This document shows positions 1 through 8,394 of a stretch of DNA of 33,055 nucleotides, one piece after another. This DNA is from an uncultured Thiotrichales bacterium (lineage in GTDB: Bacteria; Pseudomonadota; Gammaproteobacteria; UBA4575), in the NCBI GenBank assembly GCA_964517365.1, contig CAZFEP010000001.1:17476-50530 (forward strand). The letters run 5' to 3'. Numbering within the stretch: the first letter of the stretch is position 1; every line of letters begins with the position of its first letter. Both the position numbers and the translations under genes were made by a program. Under the pieces are notes generated by a model. The model had not been told where the DNA came from and made no database searches. It saw only the letters and a program-made list of their open reading frames with translations.

Positions 1-1319
1 ACCTTGGTTATAAGGTATGTGGGTCTGATATGCAGCAAAGTGTTATGACGCGCAAATTGAATGATCTTGGTGCTACTGTGTTCGACAAGCATGCTGCAAG
101 CAATGTTGATGGTGCAGATGTTGTGGTTATGTCGAGTGCGGTAAAAGAAAACAACCCGGAAGTGTTGGCGGCACGGGAACAACGTATCCCCATTGTGCCG
201 CGTGCAGAAATGCTGGCAGAATTAATGCGCTTTCGATATGGCATTGCTATTGCCGGTACGCACGGTAAAACGACTACCACCAGTTTAGTCGCATCCATTT
301 TGGCGACAGCCAATATGGACCCAACATTTATAGTAGGTGGGCGTGTGAATAGTTTTGCAAGCCATTCAAAATTAGGGGCCGGTCAATACCTTGTGGCTGA
401 GGCAGATGAAAGTGATGCATCTTTTTTGCATTTGCAGCCGATCATGTCAGTTGTGACCAATATTGATTCAGATCACTTGTCTGCTTATGACGGTGATTTT
501 AATAATCTTCAAAATGCATTTTTGGAATTTATACATCATTTACCTTTTTATGGAATGACGGTTTTATGTGTTGAAAATGAAACCGTTAAGTCATTACTGC
601 CTAAAATCTATCGTCCATATTTAACGTATGGATTTGAAGAAGATGCTGATTATCAAATTATTAATGTTGAGATGGTGGGAACACAGGCAAAGTTTGAATT
701 AATGCGTCCTGGAAATGAGCTGCCCATCAGCTTTATTTTAAATTTGCCAGGGATTCATAACGTGCAAAATGCTGTAGCTGCAGCGATTGTAGCTTTGCAG
801 TTAGAGGTCGATGAAAAGTATATTCAAGAAGCCTTTTTGAACTTCCAGGGCATTGCTAGAAGATTTCAAGTTTATTCAGATATTAACATTAATGGTAAAA
901 GCATCCAGTTAGTTGATGATTATGGTCATCATCCAACTGAGTTGGCAGCAACGATCAAAGCGGCCCACGAAGCGTACCCTAAGCAAAGGTTGGTAGTGCT
1001 TTTCCAACCACACCGTTATTCCAGAACAAGAGACTTGTTTGATGATTTTGTGCGTGTATTAAATGATGCTGACGCATTGATGTTATGTGAAGTTTATGCA
1101 GCAAATGAAGAACCTATTGCGGGAGCAGACAGTGCAGACCTGTGTCGTGCTCTACGTGCACGTGGAAAGCTGGATCCAATATTAGTTAAAGATTTATCCG
1201 AGATACAAACAACACTTGAGCATGTAATTGAAGATGGTGATGTATTGCTTACATTGGGTGCTGGCAGTGTGGGTGGAATAGCGCCTGCGTTGCATGAGTC
1301 ATTTGCGGTGCGTTGCTGA
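1..1319 (+). CDS. murC: UDP-N-acetylmuramate--L-alanine ligase MurC, 5' end cut by the window edge
   Basis: The frame of the 30..1319 ORF stays open back to base 3 (LGYKVCGSD precedes the first Met), so the true start is upstream of the window. Mur ligase motifs are present: IAGTHGKTTTTS (P-loop), EADESDASF, DDYGHHPTE. It is collinear with E. coli MurC from roughly residue 45 (from memory). It is the first gene of a murC-murB-ddl-ftsQAZ run. Confidence 0.95.
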   Translation, partial: LGYKVCGSDMQQSVMTRKLNDLGATVFDKHAASNVDGADVVVMSSAVKENNPEVLAAREQRIPIVPRAEMLAELMRFRYGIAIAGTHGKTTTTSLVASILATANMDPTFIVGGRVNSFASHSKLGAGQYLVAEADESDASFLHLQPIMSVVTNIDSDHLSAYDGDFNNLQNAFLEFIHHLPFYGMTVLCVENETVKSLLPKIYRPYLTYGFEEDADYQIINVEMVGTQAKFELMRPGNELPISFILNLPGIHNVQNAVAAAIVALQLEVDEKYIQEAFLNFQGIARRFQVYSDININGKSIQLVDDYGHHPTELAATIKAAHEAYPKQRLVVLFQPHRYSRTRDLFDDFVRVLNDADALMLCEVYAANEEPIAGADSADLCRALRARGKLDPILVKDLSEIQTTLEHVIEDGDVLLTLGAGSVGGIAPALHESFAVRC

Positions 1320-2230
1320 TGAGTGCAGTCATGGTGAATGAATTAACCGACAAAAAAATTCGTGGCAAGCTTGAGCCTGATGTTTCATTAGCACGATTTA
1401 CTAGCTGGAAAGTGGGTGGAGTGGCTGAAATTGTTTTTCAACCAGAAGATTTAACTGATTTGCAAAACTATATGCAGACGTTAGATGCATCGGTACCAAT
1501 AACGTGGTTGGGCAGAGGTACCAATGTGTTGGTACGTGATGGGGGGGTTCGTGGCGTAGTGATCGCTATGCAGGGATGTATTAATGTTTTGGAAAAACTT
1601 GAAAGTAATTTGATTCGCGCTGAGTTAGGTGTGTCATGTGCAAAATTAGCTCGCTTTAGTGCAGACAATAATCTGGTGGGCATTGAATTTCTCGCTGGAA
1701 TACCCGGCACGGTAGGGGGTGCGTTAGCGATGAACTCTGGAGCGTATGGTAGTGAAACCTGGAATTATGTTTCTGAGGTGGAGACCATAGATCGCAAAGG
1801 CAAGCTTCACATTCGCAAGCCAAATGAATTTGATATTGGTTATCGGACCGTGAAAGGTAGTAACGAAGAGTGGTTTGTTGCGGCTACTTTTAAACTCAAG
1901 TCAGGTGATAGTGAGCAAGCAAAAATAAGAATTCGTGAGCTGTTAGACCAGCGAAATGCTTCGCAACCGGTAGGTAGTAAAAGTTGTGGTTCCGTATTTA
2001 GAAATCCTGAGAATGATCATGCAGCGAGGTTGATTGAAGCATCTGGGTTGAAAGGAAAGGTTATTGGTGGTGCTCAAATATCAACAAAACATGCAAATTT
2101 CATAATCAATATAGGTGGTGCAACGGCTGAAGATATTGAAACGTTAATTATGGATGTACGTAAAACAATTGAGCGTGAACATGGTGTTCTGTTATTTCCT
2201 GAAGTAAAAATTATTGGTGAGGCTGGATGA
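1319..2230 (+). CDS. murB: UDP-N-acetylenolpyruvoylglucosamine reductase MurB
   Basis: MurB/FAD-binding motifs FTSWKVGG, WLGRGTNVLV, AGIPGTVGGA, KSCGSVFRNP, and a position between murC and ddl. The ATG at 1319 shares its A with the murC stop (TGATG). The track start at 1313 is a TTG two codons upstream, and another in-frame ATG lies at 1331. Confidence 0.93.
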   Translation: MSAVMVNELTDKKIRGKLEPDVSLARFTSWKVGGVAEIVFQPEDLTDLQNYMQTLDASVPITWLGRGTNVLVRDGGVRGVVIAMQGCINVLEKLESNLIRAELGVSCAKLARFSADNNLVGIEFLAGIPGTVGGALAMNSGAYGSETWNYVSEVETIDRKGKLHIRKPNEFDIGYRTVKGSNEEWFVAATFKLKSGDSEQAKIRIRELLDQRNASQPVGSKSCGSVFRNPENDHAARLIEASGLKGKVIGGAQISTKHANFIINIGGATAEDIETLIMDVRKTIEREHGVLLFPEVKIIGEAG

Positions 2231-3219
2231 TGTCAGCTGATGATCTTATGCAACGATTTGGGAAAGTGGCTGTGTTGATGGGAGGATCTTCAGCAGAGCG
2301 TGAAATTTCACTAAAGAGTGGTGCAGCGATTCTAAATGCTTTAAAAGAATCAGGTGTGAATGCGCATGCGATTGATGTTTCAGATGAAGTATTTAAGACG
2401 CTGCAAAATGGAAACTATGATTGTGCTTTTATAGCACTGCATGGCCCCCTTGGAGAAGATGGTTGCATTCAGGGTGGTTTGGAAGTGATGGGTATGCCCT
2501 ATACCGGTAGTGGAGTGATGGCTTCGAGTATTTGTATGAATAAGCTTATGACTAAACGGATCTGGAGCGGTTCTGGAATCCCAACTCCAAAATACACTGT
2601 GCTGAACGAATCCATGAATGAGGATGACTTGGTAGCTGATCTTGGTTTGCCAATGATATTTAAGCCTGTTTCACAAGGTTCGAGTATTGGAATGACGAAA
2701 GTCAGCAATAAGGAAGAAATTGCCTCTGCATGGGCGAGTGCCCACCAATTTGAAGAAACGGTGATTGCCGAGCAATGGGTTGAGGGGGAGGAGTATACCG
2801 TTGCCATGCTGGATGGCATTGCATTGCCTGTAATCCGTCTCGAAACACCGCACACATTCTATGATTTTGATGCTAAGTATCAAGCAAAAGACACTCAATA
2901 TCATTGTCCTTGTGGCTTGCCAGAGGCGTTAGAAAAAGAAATTCAGGTTTTGGCAGCTCAAGCGTTCAACGCCACTGAAGCAACGGGTTGGGGTCGTGTC
3001 GATGTGATGTTGGATAAGGATTCGCGTCCATGGTTTCTGGAGATTAATACGGTGCCGGGAATGACGGATCATAGTCTTGTGCCGATGGCGGCAAAGTCAA
3101 TAGGGATTAACTTTAATGAGTTAGTTATTAAAATTTTAGAGATGGCAATTAAAGAAGATTGTGAAGCTTTATCTGAAGTATCAACCAGAAAAATATCTGG
3201 GGCATGTGGCGCGTTATGA
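2227..3219 (+). CDS. ddl: D-alanine--D-alanine ligase
   Basis: ATP-grasp Ddl motifs VAVLMGGSSAEREISL, ALHGPLGEDGCIQG, KPVSQGSSIGM, FLEINTVPGMT. The ATG at 2227 overlaps the murB stop (ATGA). The C terminus appears about 20-25 residues longer than E. coli DdlB by my recollection. Confidence 0.93.
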   Translation: MMSADDLMQRFGKVAVLMGGSSAEREISLKSGAAILNALKESGVNAHAIDVSDEVFKTLQNGNYDCAFIALHGPLGEDGCIQGGLEVMGMPYTGSGVMASSICMNKLMTKRIWSGSGIPTPKYTVLNESMNEDDLVADLGLPMIFKPVSQGSSIGMTKVSNKEEIASAWASAHQFEETVIAEQWVEGEEYTVAMLDGIALPVIRLETPHTFYDFDAKYQAKDTQYHCPCGLPEALEKEIQVLAAQAFNATEATGWGRVDVMLDKDSRPWFLEINTVPGMTDHSLVPMAAKSIGINFNELVIKILEMAIKEDCEALSEVSTRKISGACGAL

Positions 3220-4097
3220 AAACTGTAAAGAAAAAAAATTCTATTAAAAATTTACGCAAGAATAAAAAAAGAAGCAGTGCCACCAAGCGCAAGAAAATTA
3301 CGGTGCAATCATTTTCAAAACGTGATGCTTGGGATGTTATTGTGGTGATCATGTTATTAACAATCGTGGTGTACTTTTCTACTTATGTTAGGAATAATCA
3401 CTTCGCAGTTGCAGTGTGGCCTGCAATAAAGAATGTTAATGTAAGTGGTGAGGTTGATGCAGTTGATCAAATTGCTTTAAGAAGCATCATTCATGCTCAC
3501 ACCGCAGGTGGCTTTTTGCGTGTACGAATGGAACATCTTGAAAAAGAGCTCGTAAAGTTAACATGGGTGAATCAGGCGACTGTACAGAGATTTTGGCCAG
3601 ATACATTAAGTGTGAAAATTTTACAACATGATCCAATTGCTCGTTGGGGTGATACAGGCCTTATGAATACATATGGAGACTTATTTTTTCCAAATGATAT
3701 GAATGATATTGAGTCTTATAAGACTCTACCCATGCTTTATGGTGAAGAGGTTAGGGCAAAAGAATTGGCTCGTACGTTTGAGAATAGTATGCAACAGCTG
3801 AAGCCGCTTGGATTACAACTGCAAGGTATGTTTGAGGATGAACGCCAATCAAAAATCCTAGTGCTAACAGATGGTTTGGTTATTTCAATTGGTGATGGGG
3901 ATGTGTCTGAAAAAATTAATCGTTTCATAACTGCTCATGAACAGTACTTATCAAAAAATCTAAATGAAGTAAAAAAAGTCGACCTGCGTTATACCAATGG
4001 CCTTGCTGTTGAATGGAAGAGCCCCCAGTTCGCACAAAATTTAGCCCAAAATATAGGCCAGAACTTTGGGCAGTCTTTAGAAATGGAACCAAATTAA
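3216..4097 (+). CDS. ftsQ: cell division protein FtsQ (POTRA domain, bitopic)
   Basis: Polybasic N-terminal tail, a single TM (WDVIVVIMLLTIVVYF), a POTRA-like segment after the TM, and a position between ddl and ftsA. The ATG at 3216 overlaps the ddl stop (ATGA). The track start at 3204 is four codons upstream. Confidence 0.82.
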   Translation: MKTVKKKNSIKNLRKNKKRSSATKRKKITVQSFSKRDAWDVIVVIMLLTIVVYFSTYVRNNHFAVAVWPAIKNVNVSGEVDAVDQIALRSIIHAHTAGGFLRVRMEHLEKELVKLTWVNQATVQRFWPDTLSVKILQHDPIARWGDTGLMNTYGDLFFPNDMNDIESYKTLPMLYGEEVRAKELARTFENSMQQLKPLGLQLQGMFEDERQSKILVLTDGLVISIGDGDVSEKINRFITAHEQYLSKNLNEVKKVDLRYTNGLAVEWKSPQFAQNLAQNIGQNFGQSLEMEPN

Positions 4098-5332
4098 TGA
4101 GTCGTAAAGTTGATAAAAGCATGATAGTCGGACTCGATATTGGAACTTCGAAAATTACCGCAATTGTGGGCGAGGTGAATGAAGAAAATCAGTTAGAAAT
4201 AATAGGTATTGGTTCTCATCCTTCGCGCGGTCTCAAGAAGGGCGTGGTAGTTAATATTGAATCGACTGTGCAGTCTATTCAGCGTTGTGTAGAAGAAGCT
4301 GAGTTAATGGCGGGTTGCCAGATTCATTCTGTCTATGCAGGTATTGCAGGCAGCCACATACGCAGTATGAATTCACATGGCATTGTCGCTATCAAAGATC
4401 GTGAAGTTTCATCTGGTGATGTTGAGAGAGTGATTGATGCAGCGAGAGCCGTAGCGATACCTGCTGATCAACGCGTGCTGCATGTTATGCCTCAGGAGTT
4501 TGTAATCGATCAACAAGAAGGTATTCGTGAACCGATAGGCATGTCAGGTGTGCGTTTGGAAGCAAAAGTACATCTAGTTACCGGTGCGGAGAGTGCTGCA
4601 CAAAATATAATTAAATGTGTGCGGCGTTGTGGATTAGAGGTTGACGATATTATTTTAGAGCAATTGGCTTCTAGTTATTCAGTGCTAACGGATGATGAAA
4701 AAGAACTGGGTATTTGTTTGGTAGATATTGGTGGTGGCACAACCGATGTTGCAGTATTTACTGAAGGTGCAATTAAACATACAGCGGTTATCCCTATTGC
4801 CGGTGATCAGGTCACTAATGATATTGCAGTCGCAATGCGTACGCCTACTCAATACGCTGAAGAAATTAAAATTAAATACGCTTGTGCATTGCGCCAGTTA
4901 GCTAATCCTGATGACACCATTGAAGTGCCAAGTGTGGGTGATCGAGAGCCGAGGAGGCTATCTAGGCAGACGCTAGCTGAAGTAGTTGAACCTAGATATG
5001 AAGAATTACTAACACTAGTCCATGCAGAGTTGCGCCGTAGTGGTTTTGAAGATTTGGTGGCGGCAGGTGTTGTGCTTACCGGTGGCAGCTCAAAAATGGA
5101 GGGCGTTGTAGATTTAGCAGAAGAAGTATTCCATATGCCTGTGCGCTTGGGGTTGCCCCAACATGTAACAGGGCTCGTTGATGTGGTGCGAAACCCTATT
5201 CATGCAACCGGCGTGGGATTGCTTTTGTTTGGGTATAAGAATCAGCGAATAGGTGAAGCTTCAATTTTTAATGAATCAGGAATGGGTAATACGTTTAAGA
5301 GGATGAAGAGTTGGTTTCAGGGGAGTTTTTAA
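4097..5332 (+). CDS. ftsA: cell division protein FtsA
   Basis: Actin-fold motifs VGLDIGTSKITA, VDIGGGTTDVAVF, VLTGGSSKMEG. The track ORF starts at 4013 inside ftsQ. The ATG at 4097 (MSRKVDKSMIVGLDIGTSK) overlaps the ftsQ TAA (TAATG) and gives 411 aa, a typical FtsA length. Confidence 0.95.
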   Translation: MSRKVDKSMIVGLDIGTSKITAIVGEVNEENQLEIIGIGSHPSRGLKKGVVVNIESTVQSIQRCVEEAELMAGCQIHSVYAGIAGSHIRSMNSHGIVAIKDREVSSGDVERVIDAARAVAIPADQRVLHVMPQEFVIDQQEGIREPIGMSGVRLEAKVHLVTGAESAAQNIIKCVRRCGLEVDDIILEQLASSYSVLTDDEKELGICLVDIGGGTTDVAVFTEGAIKHTAVIPIAGDQVTNDIAVAMRTPTQYAEEIKIKYACALRQLANPDDTIEVPSVGDREPRRLSRQTLAEVVEPRYEELLTLVHAELRRSGFEDLVAAGVVLTGGSSKMEGVVDLAEEVFHMPVRLGLPQHVTGLVDVVRNPIHATGVGLLLFGYKNQRIGEASIFNESGMGNTFKRMKSWFQGSF

Positions 5333-5398
5333 AACTCTATAGGTGTTTTTTTATTTTTTTGTATTAAGTTTTTAGCATGTAACTAGAGGAGAAATATC

Positions 5399-6574
5399 AT
5401 GTTTGAATTAATGGATGCGTATAGTCAAAGCGCGGTAATAAAGGTCATTGGTGTTGGTGGCGGTGGCGGTAATGCTGTGCAGCATATGGTGAACTCTGCA
5501 ATAGAGGGTGTAGATTTTGTTTGTGCAAATACCGATTCACAAGCATTGAAGAATACCAATGCAAAAACGGTTATGCAGTTAGGTAGTGAAATTACTAAAG
5601 GTTTGGGTGCAGGTGCAAACCCTGTAGTGGGCCGTGAAGCCGCTATAGAAGATCGGGACCGCATTCATGATGTAATTGCAGGTGCTGATATGTTGTTTAT
5701 TACCGCAGGCATGGGTGGTGGCACTGGTACAGGCGCGGCACCGGTAGTGGCTGAAGTTGCCAAAGAACTTGGCATACTGACGGTTGCTGTGGTGACCAAA
5801 CCGTTTCCATTTGAAGGTGGTAAGCGAATGCAAATAGCCGACACCGGAATTGAAGAACTTAGTAAGCATGTAGATTCTTTAATCACCATTCCCAATGAAA
5901 AGTTATTAACGGTATTGGGTAAAGACACCAATTTATTGGATGCCTTTAAGTCTGCAAACGATGTATTGCATGGTGCAGTGCAAGGTATTGCAGAACTCAT
6001 TACATGCCCTGGTCTAATTAATGTCGACTTTGCAGATGTGCGTACAGTAATGTCTGAAATGGGGATGGCAATGATGGGGTCGGGTTTGTCTGTAGGCACT
6101 GAACGAGCGCGTGAAGCAGCTGAATCTGCAATTTCAAGTCCATTGCTTGAAGATATAAATATTTCTGGAGCTAAAGGAATTTTAGTGAATGTTACCGCAA
6201 GCAGCAGCCTTTCCATTGGTGAATTTGAAGAAGTGGGTAATCATATAAAAGGCTTGGCTTCTGAAGATGCAACGGTCGTTGTTGGTACTGTGATTGATGA
6301 ATCGATGGCGGATGACTTACGTGTAACCTTAGTGGCAACCGGGATTGGTTCTCCTCGAGTTTCAATGCCAGTAAGACCTGCAGTAAAGTTAGTTGAGACC
6401 AAGCCTAAGGTCGTTATTGAAGATCCTTCAGTTGCCGGTATGGATGATGGCTTAGAGGCTCCAGTTGCGATACGGACCGAGAATCGTGCAAAGCCCGTAG
6501 ATAAAGCAAAGGAAGATGACTATGACTTGGATTATCTGGATATACCCGCTTTTTTGCGGCGCCAAGCAGATTAA
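5399..6574 (+). CDS. ftsZ: cell division GTPase FtsZ
   Basis: N-terminal VIGVGGGGGNAV, tubulin signature GGGTGTGAAPV, and the C-terminal conserved peptide DYLDIPAFLRRQAD. A GAGGAG Shine-Dalgarno lies at 5386-5391, 7 nt before the ATG. Confidence 0.97.
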   Translation: MFELMDAYSQSAVIKVIGVGGGGGNAVQHMVNSAIEGVDFVCANTDSQALKNTNAKTVMQLGSEITKGLGAGANPVVGREAAIEDRDRIHDVIAGADMLFITAGMGGGTGTGAAPVVAEVAKELGILTVAVVTKPFPFEGGKRMQIADTGIEELSKHVDSLITIPNEKLLTVLGKDTNLLDAFKSANDVLHGAVQGIAELITCPGLINVDFADVRTVMSEMGMAMMGSGLSVGTERAREAAESAISSPLLEDINISGAKGILVNVTASSSLSIGEFEEVGNHIKGLASEDATVVVGTVIDESMADDLRVTLVATGIGSPRVSMPVRPAVKLVETKPKVVIEDPSVAGMDDGLEAPVAIRTENRAKPVDKAKEDDYDLDYLDIPAFLRRQAD

Positions 6575-6588
6575 CAAGATTAACTAGC

Positions 6589-6654
6589 AGGAGGCTTAGT
6601 AGGCTGGCTTGCAATTAGTTAATGGTTATTTTAGGAGGCTTTTTAATAGGCTGA
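6589..6654. repeat. imperfect direct repeat AGGAGGCTT..TAGGCTG (two copies about 44 bp apart) in the ftsZ-lpxC spacer
   Basis: Copy 1 is AGGAGGCTTAGTAGGCTGG at 6589-6607. Copy 2 is AGGAGGCTTTTTAATAGGCTGA at 6633-6654. They share a 9-mer and a 7-mer, separated by 2 versus 5 nt. Read directly from the sequence. Confidence 0.6.
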
Positions 6655-6890
6655 TTATTGTGCATTTTTTACAATAACTTTACGCATTTGTTGAACTTAA
6701 TTACAGCATCGCGGCTCCAACTTGCAAGCTAATAGTGATGACAACGCAATTGTAGGATATTATGTAATAATATTACGTTTATTGAATGGTGTATTAGCTT
6801 GTAAAGTAATTTAGATACCATTTGATTGAGCTCATGCATCCATATAGGGGTGTCCATTTACGCGCGGCGATCAAATAGGATTTATGGTCT

Positions 6891-7808
6891 GTGATAAAAC
6901 AAAGAACGCTAAAAAATGTAATACGCGCCACAGGCGTTGGTTTGCATACAGGGAAAAAAGTCTATCTGACCTTACGGCCTGCACCTGCCCATAGCGGAAT
7001 TGTATTCAGGCGTATTGATCTTGATCCACCCGTTGAAATTAAAGCCAGCCCTGAAAACGTTGGAGATACCAGCCTGTCAACTACGTTGGTATCAGGTGAA
7101 GTCCGAATTTCTACCGTTGAGCATCTCTTGTCAGCTATTGCTGGGCTTGGAATTGATAATGCGTATGTAGATGTTAGTGCTCCAGAAGTGCCTATTATGG
7201 ATGGCAGTGCAGGGCCTTTTGTGTTCTTGGTTCAATCCGCAGGAATTATCGAACAGAATGCTCCAAAGAAGTTTATTCGTATAGTTAAAGCTGTTGAGAT
7301 TAAAGAAGATGATAAGTGGGCACGCTTTGATCCATTTGATGGATTTAAAGTTGGTTTTACAATAGATTTTGATCACCCGGTTTTCAAGGCAGGGCCACAA
7401 AAAGCAGAGCTCGATTTTTCTACGACATCATTTGTTAAAGAGGTGTCACGTTCACGTACTTTTGGATTCATGCGTGATTTTGAGACGCTGCGCTCTCAAA
7501 ACCTTGCACTGGGCGGAAGTTTAGATAACTCAATTGCAGTTGACGAGCATCGTATTCTTAATGAAGACGGTCTGCGCTATGAAGATGAATTTGTTAAGCA
7601 TAAAATTCTTGATGCTATTGGTGACTTATATTTATTAGGTCATAGCTTAATTGGTGCATTTAGTGGTCACAAGTCGGGGCATGCGCTTAATAATAAATTA
7701 TTACGTAAGTTGGTTACAGTGACGGATGCATGGGAAGAAGTTACCTTCGAAGATGATGAGGAAAATGCACCTATTTTTTATAGTCGTCCCATTAGTGCAA
7801 GCTCGTAA
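6891..7808 (+). CDS. lpxC: UDP-3-O-acyl-N-acetylglucosamine deacetylase LpxC
   Basis: The N terminus [32 protein letters not shown] is near-identical to E. coli LpxC as I recall it. Also present are [10 protein letters not shown] and [13 protein letters not shown]. The GTG start at 6891 is fixed by the homology, and an AGGA lies 10 nt upstream. Confidence 0.95.
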   Translation: MIKQRTLKNVIRATGVGLHTGKKVYLTLRPAPAHSGIVFRRIDLDPPVEIKASPENVGDTSLSTTLVSGEVRISTVEHLLSAIAGLGIDNAYVDVSAPEVPIMDGSAGPFVFLVQSAGIIEQNAPKKFIRIVKAVEIKEDDKWARFDPFDGFKVGFTIDFDHPVFKAGPQKAELDFSTTSFVKEVSRSRTFGFMRDFETLRSQNLALGGSLDNSIAVDEHRILNEDGLRYEDEFVKHKILDAIGDLYLLGHSLIGAFSGHKSGHALNNKLLRKLVTVTDAWEEVTFEDDEENAPIFYSRPISASS

Positions 7809-7849
7809 TCAAAATCGCTAAAATCTTCTAAATTACTTACAGGAAATCT

Positions 7850-7874
7850 AAAACCATTGGTCTTTAATGGTTTT
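7850..7874. terminator. candidate bidirectional hairpin between convergent lpxC and the DUF721 gene
   Basis: Perfect 9-bp inverted repeat AAAACCATT (7850-7858) / AATGGTTTT (7866-7874) with a 7-nt loop, in the 76-bp convergent gap. The stem is A/U-rich and the T-run is part of the stem, so support is only moderate. Confidence 0.45.
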
Positions 7875-7884
7875 ATAAACACTC

Positions 7885-8322
7885 TTATTTTTCTTTGTCT
7901 TTAATGCCACGCTTAGCCAGTTGTTGCATGGCGTTTTGAAGTTCTAAGTCCTTGATATTTTTAGCGCATTGATTGATGTGGTGAGCACTATTTTTGCTTA
8001 GGAATTCTGCTTTTGTCGCGTGATTTGCACCATTGATAACGTTGCCTATTTTAACCTTTATTTGATTCAAGTATTCCTTTACAGTAAGACTTAGTTCTTG
8101 ATTCAGTTGCTTCAATATTTCACGTTGTTGAAATCGAATAATACTCGCACGACTCGGGTCATCAGTGACAATTGTCAGGGTGCGATTATCGATACCAGCT
8201 ACCCAGCAGTGACTGGCTAGGTCTTCAGGCAGCAGCATTTTTAAACTCAGTGTGAGCCTATGCAGTAGTTTTGCCTTTTTTTGCAGGTCTAGGCTGATGT
8301 AAGAAGTAATTTTTTTTTGCAT
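7885..8322 (-). CDS. DUF721-family protein (DciA-like candidate)
   Basis: 145-aa ORF. The segment HCWVAGIDNRTLTIVTDDPSRASIIRFQQREILKQLN fits the DUF721 pattern as I remember it. It occupies the same lpxC / secA-proximal position as the DUF721 gene in Pseudomonas. The family includes the DciA helicase operator, but that function is not demonstrated here. Confidence 0.5.
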   Translation of the reverse strand: MQKKITSYISLDLQKKAKLLHRLTLSLKMLLPEDLASHCWVAGIDNRTLTIVTDDPSRASIIRFQQREILKQLNQELSLTVKEYLNQIKVKIGNVINGANHATKAEFLSKNSAHHINQCAKNIKDLELQNAMQQLAKRGIKDKEK

Positions 8323-8394
8323 CAGGTTGTTTTATACATGGAATGTATTCATACACCAATAAGGACTTTAAAATAATAAGTATAAAGAATATAG

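Noticed and set aside
4013-4096. Upstream extension of ftsA (track start 4013), overlapping 85 nt of ftsQ
   Set aside because: The extension MEEPPVRTKF... has no FtsA counterpart. The ATG at 4097 overlaps the ftsQ stop and yields the canonical MSRK..VGLDIGTSK N terminus and length.
5665-6216. 183-aa ORF on the minus strand inside ftsZ, plus similar antisense ORFs at 8-313, 1468-1710, 2499-2855, 5425-5664, 5579-5869 and 9946-10278
   Set aside because: These are fully embedded antisense to genes with unambiguous homology. Their composition is low-complexity (Ser/Pro/Ala-rich) with no recognisable motif. Such shadow ORFs are expected opposite codon-biased genes.
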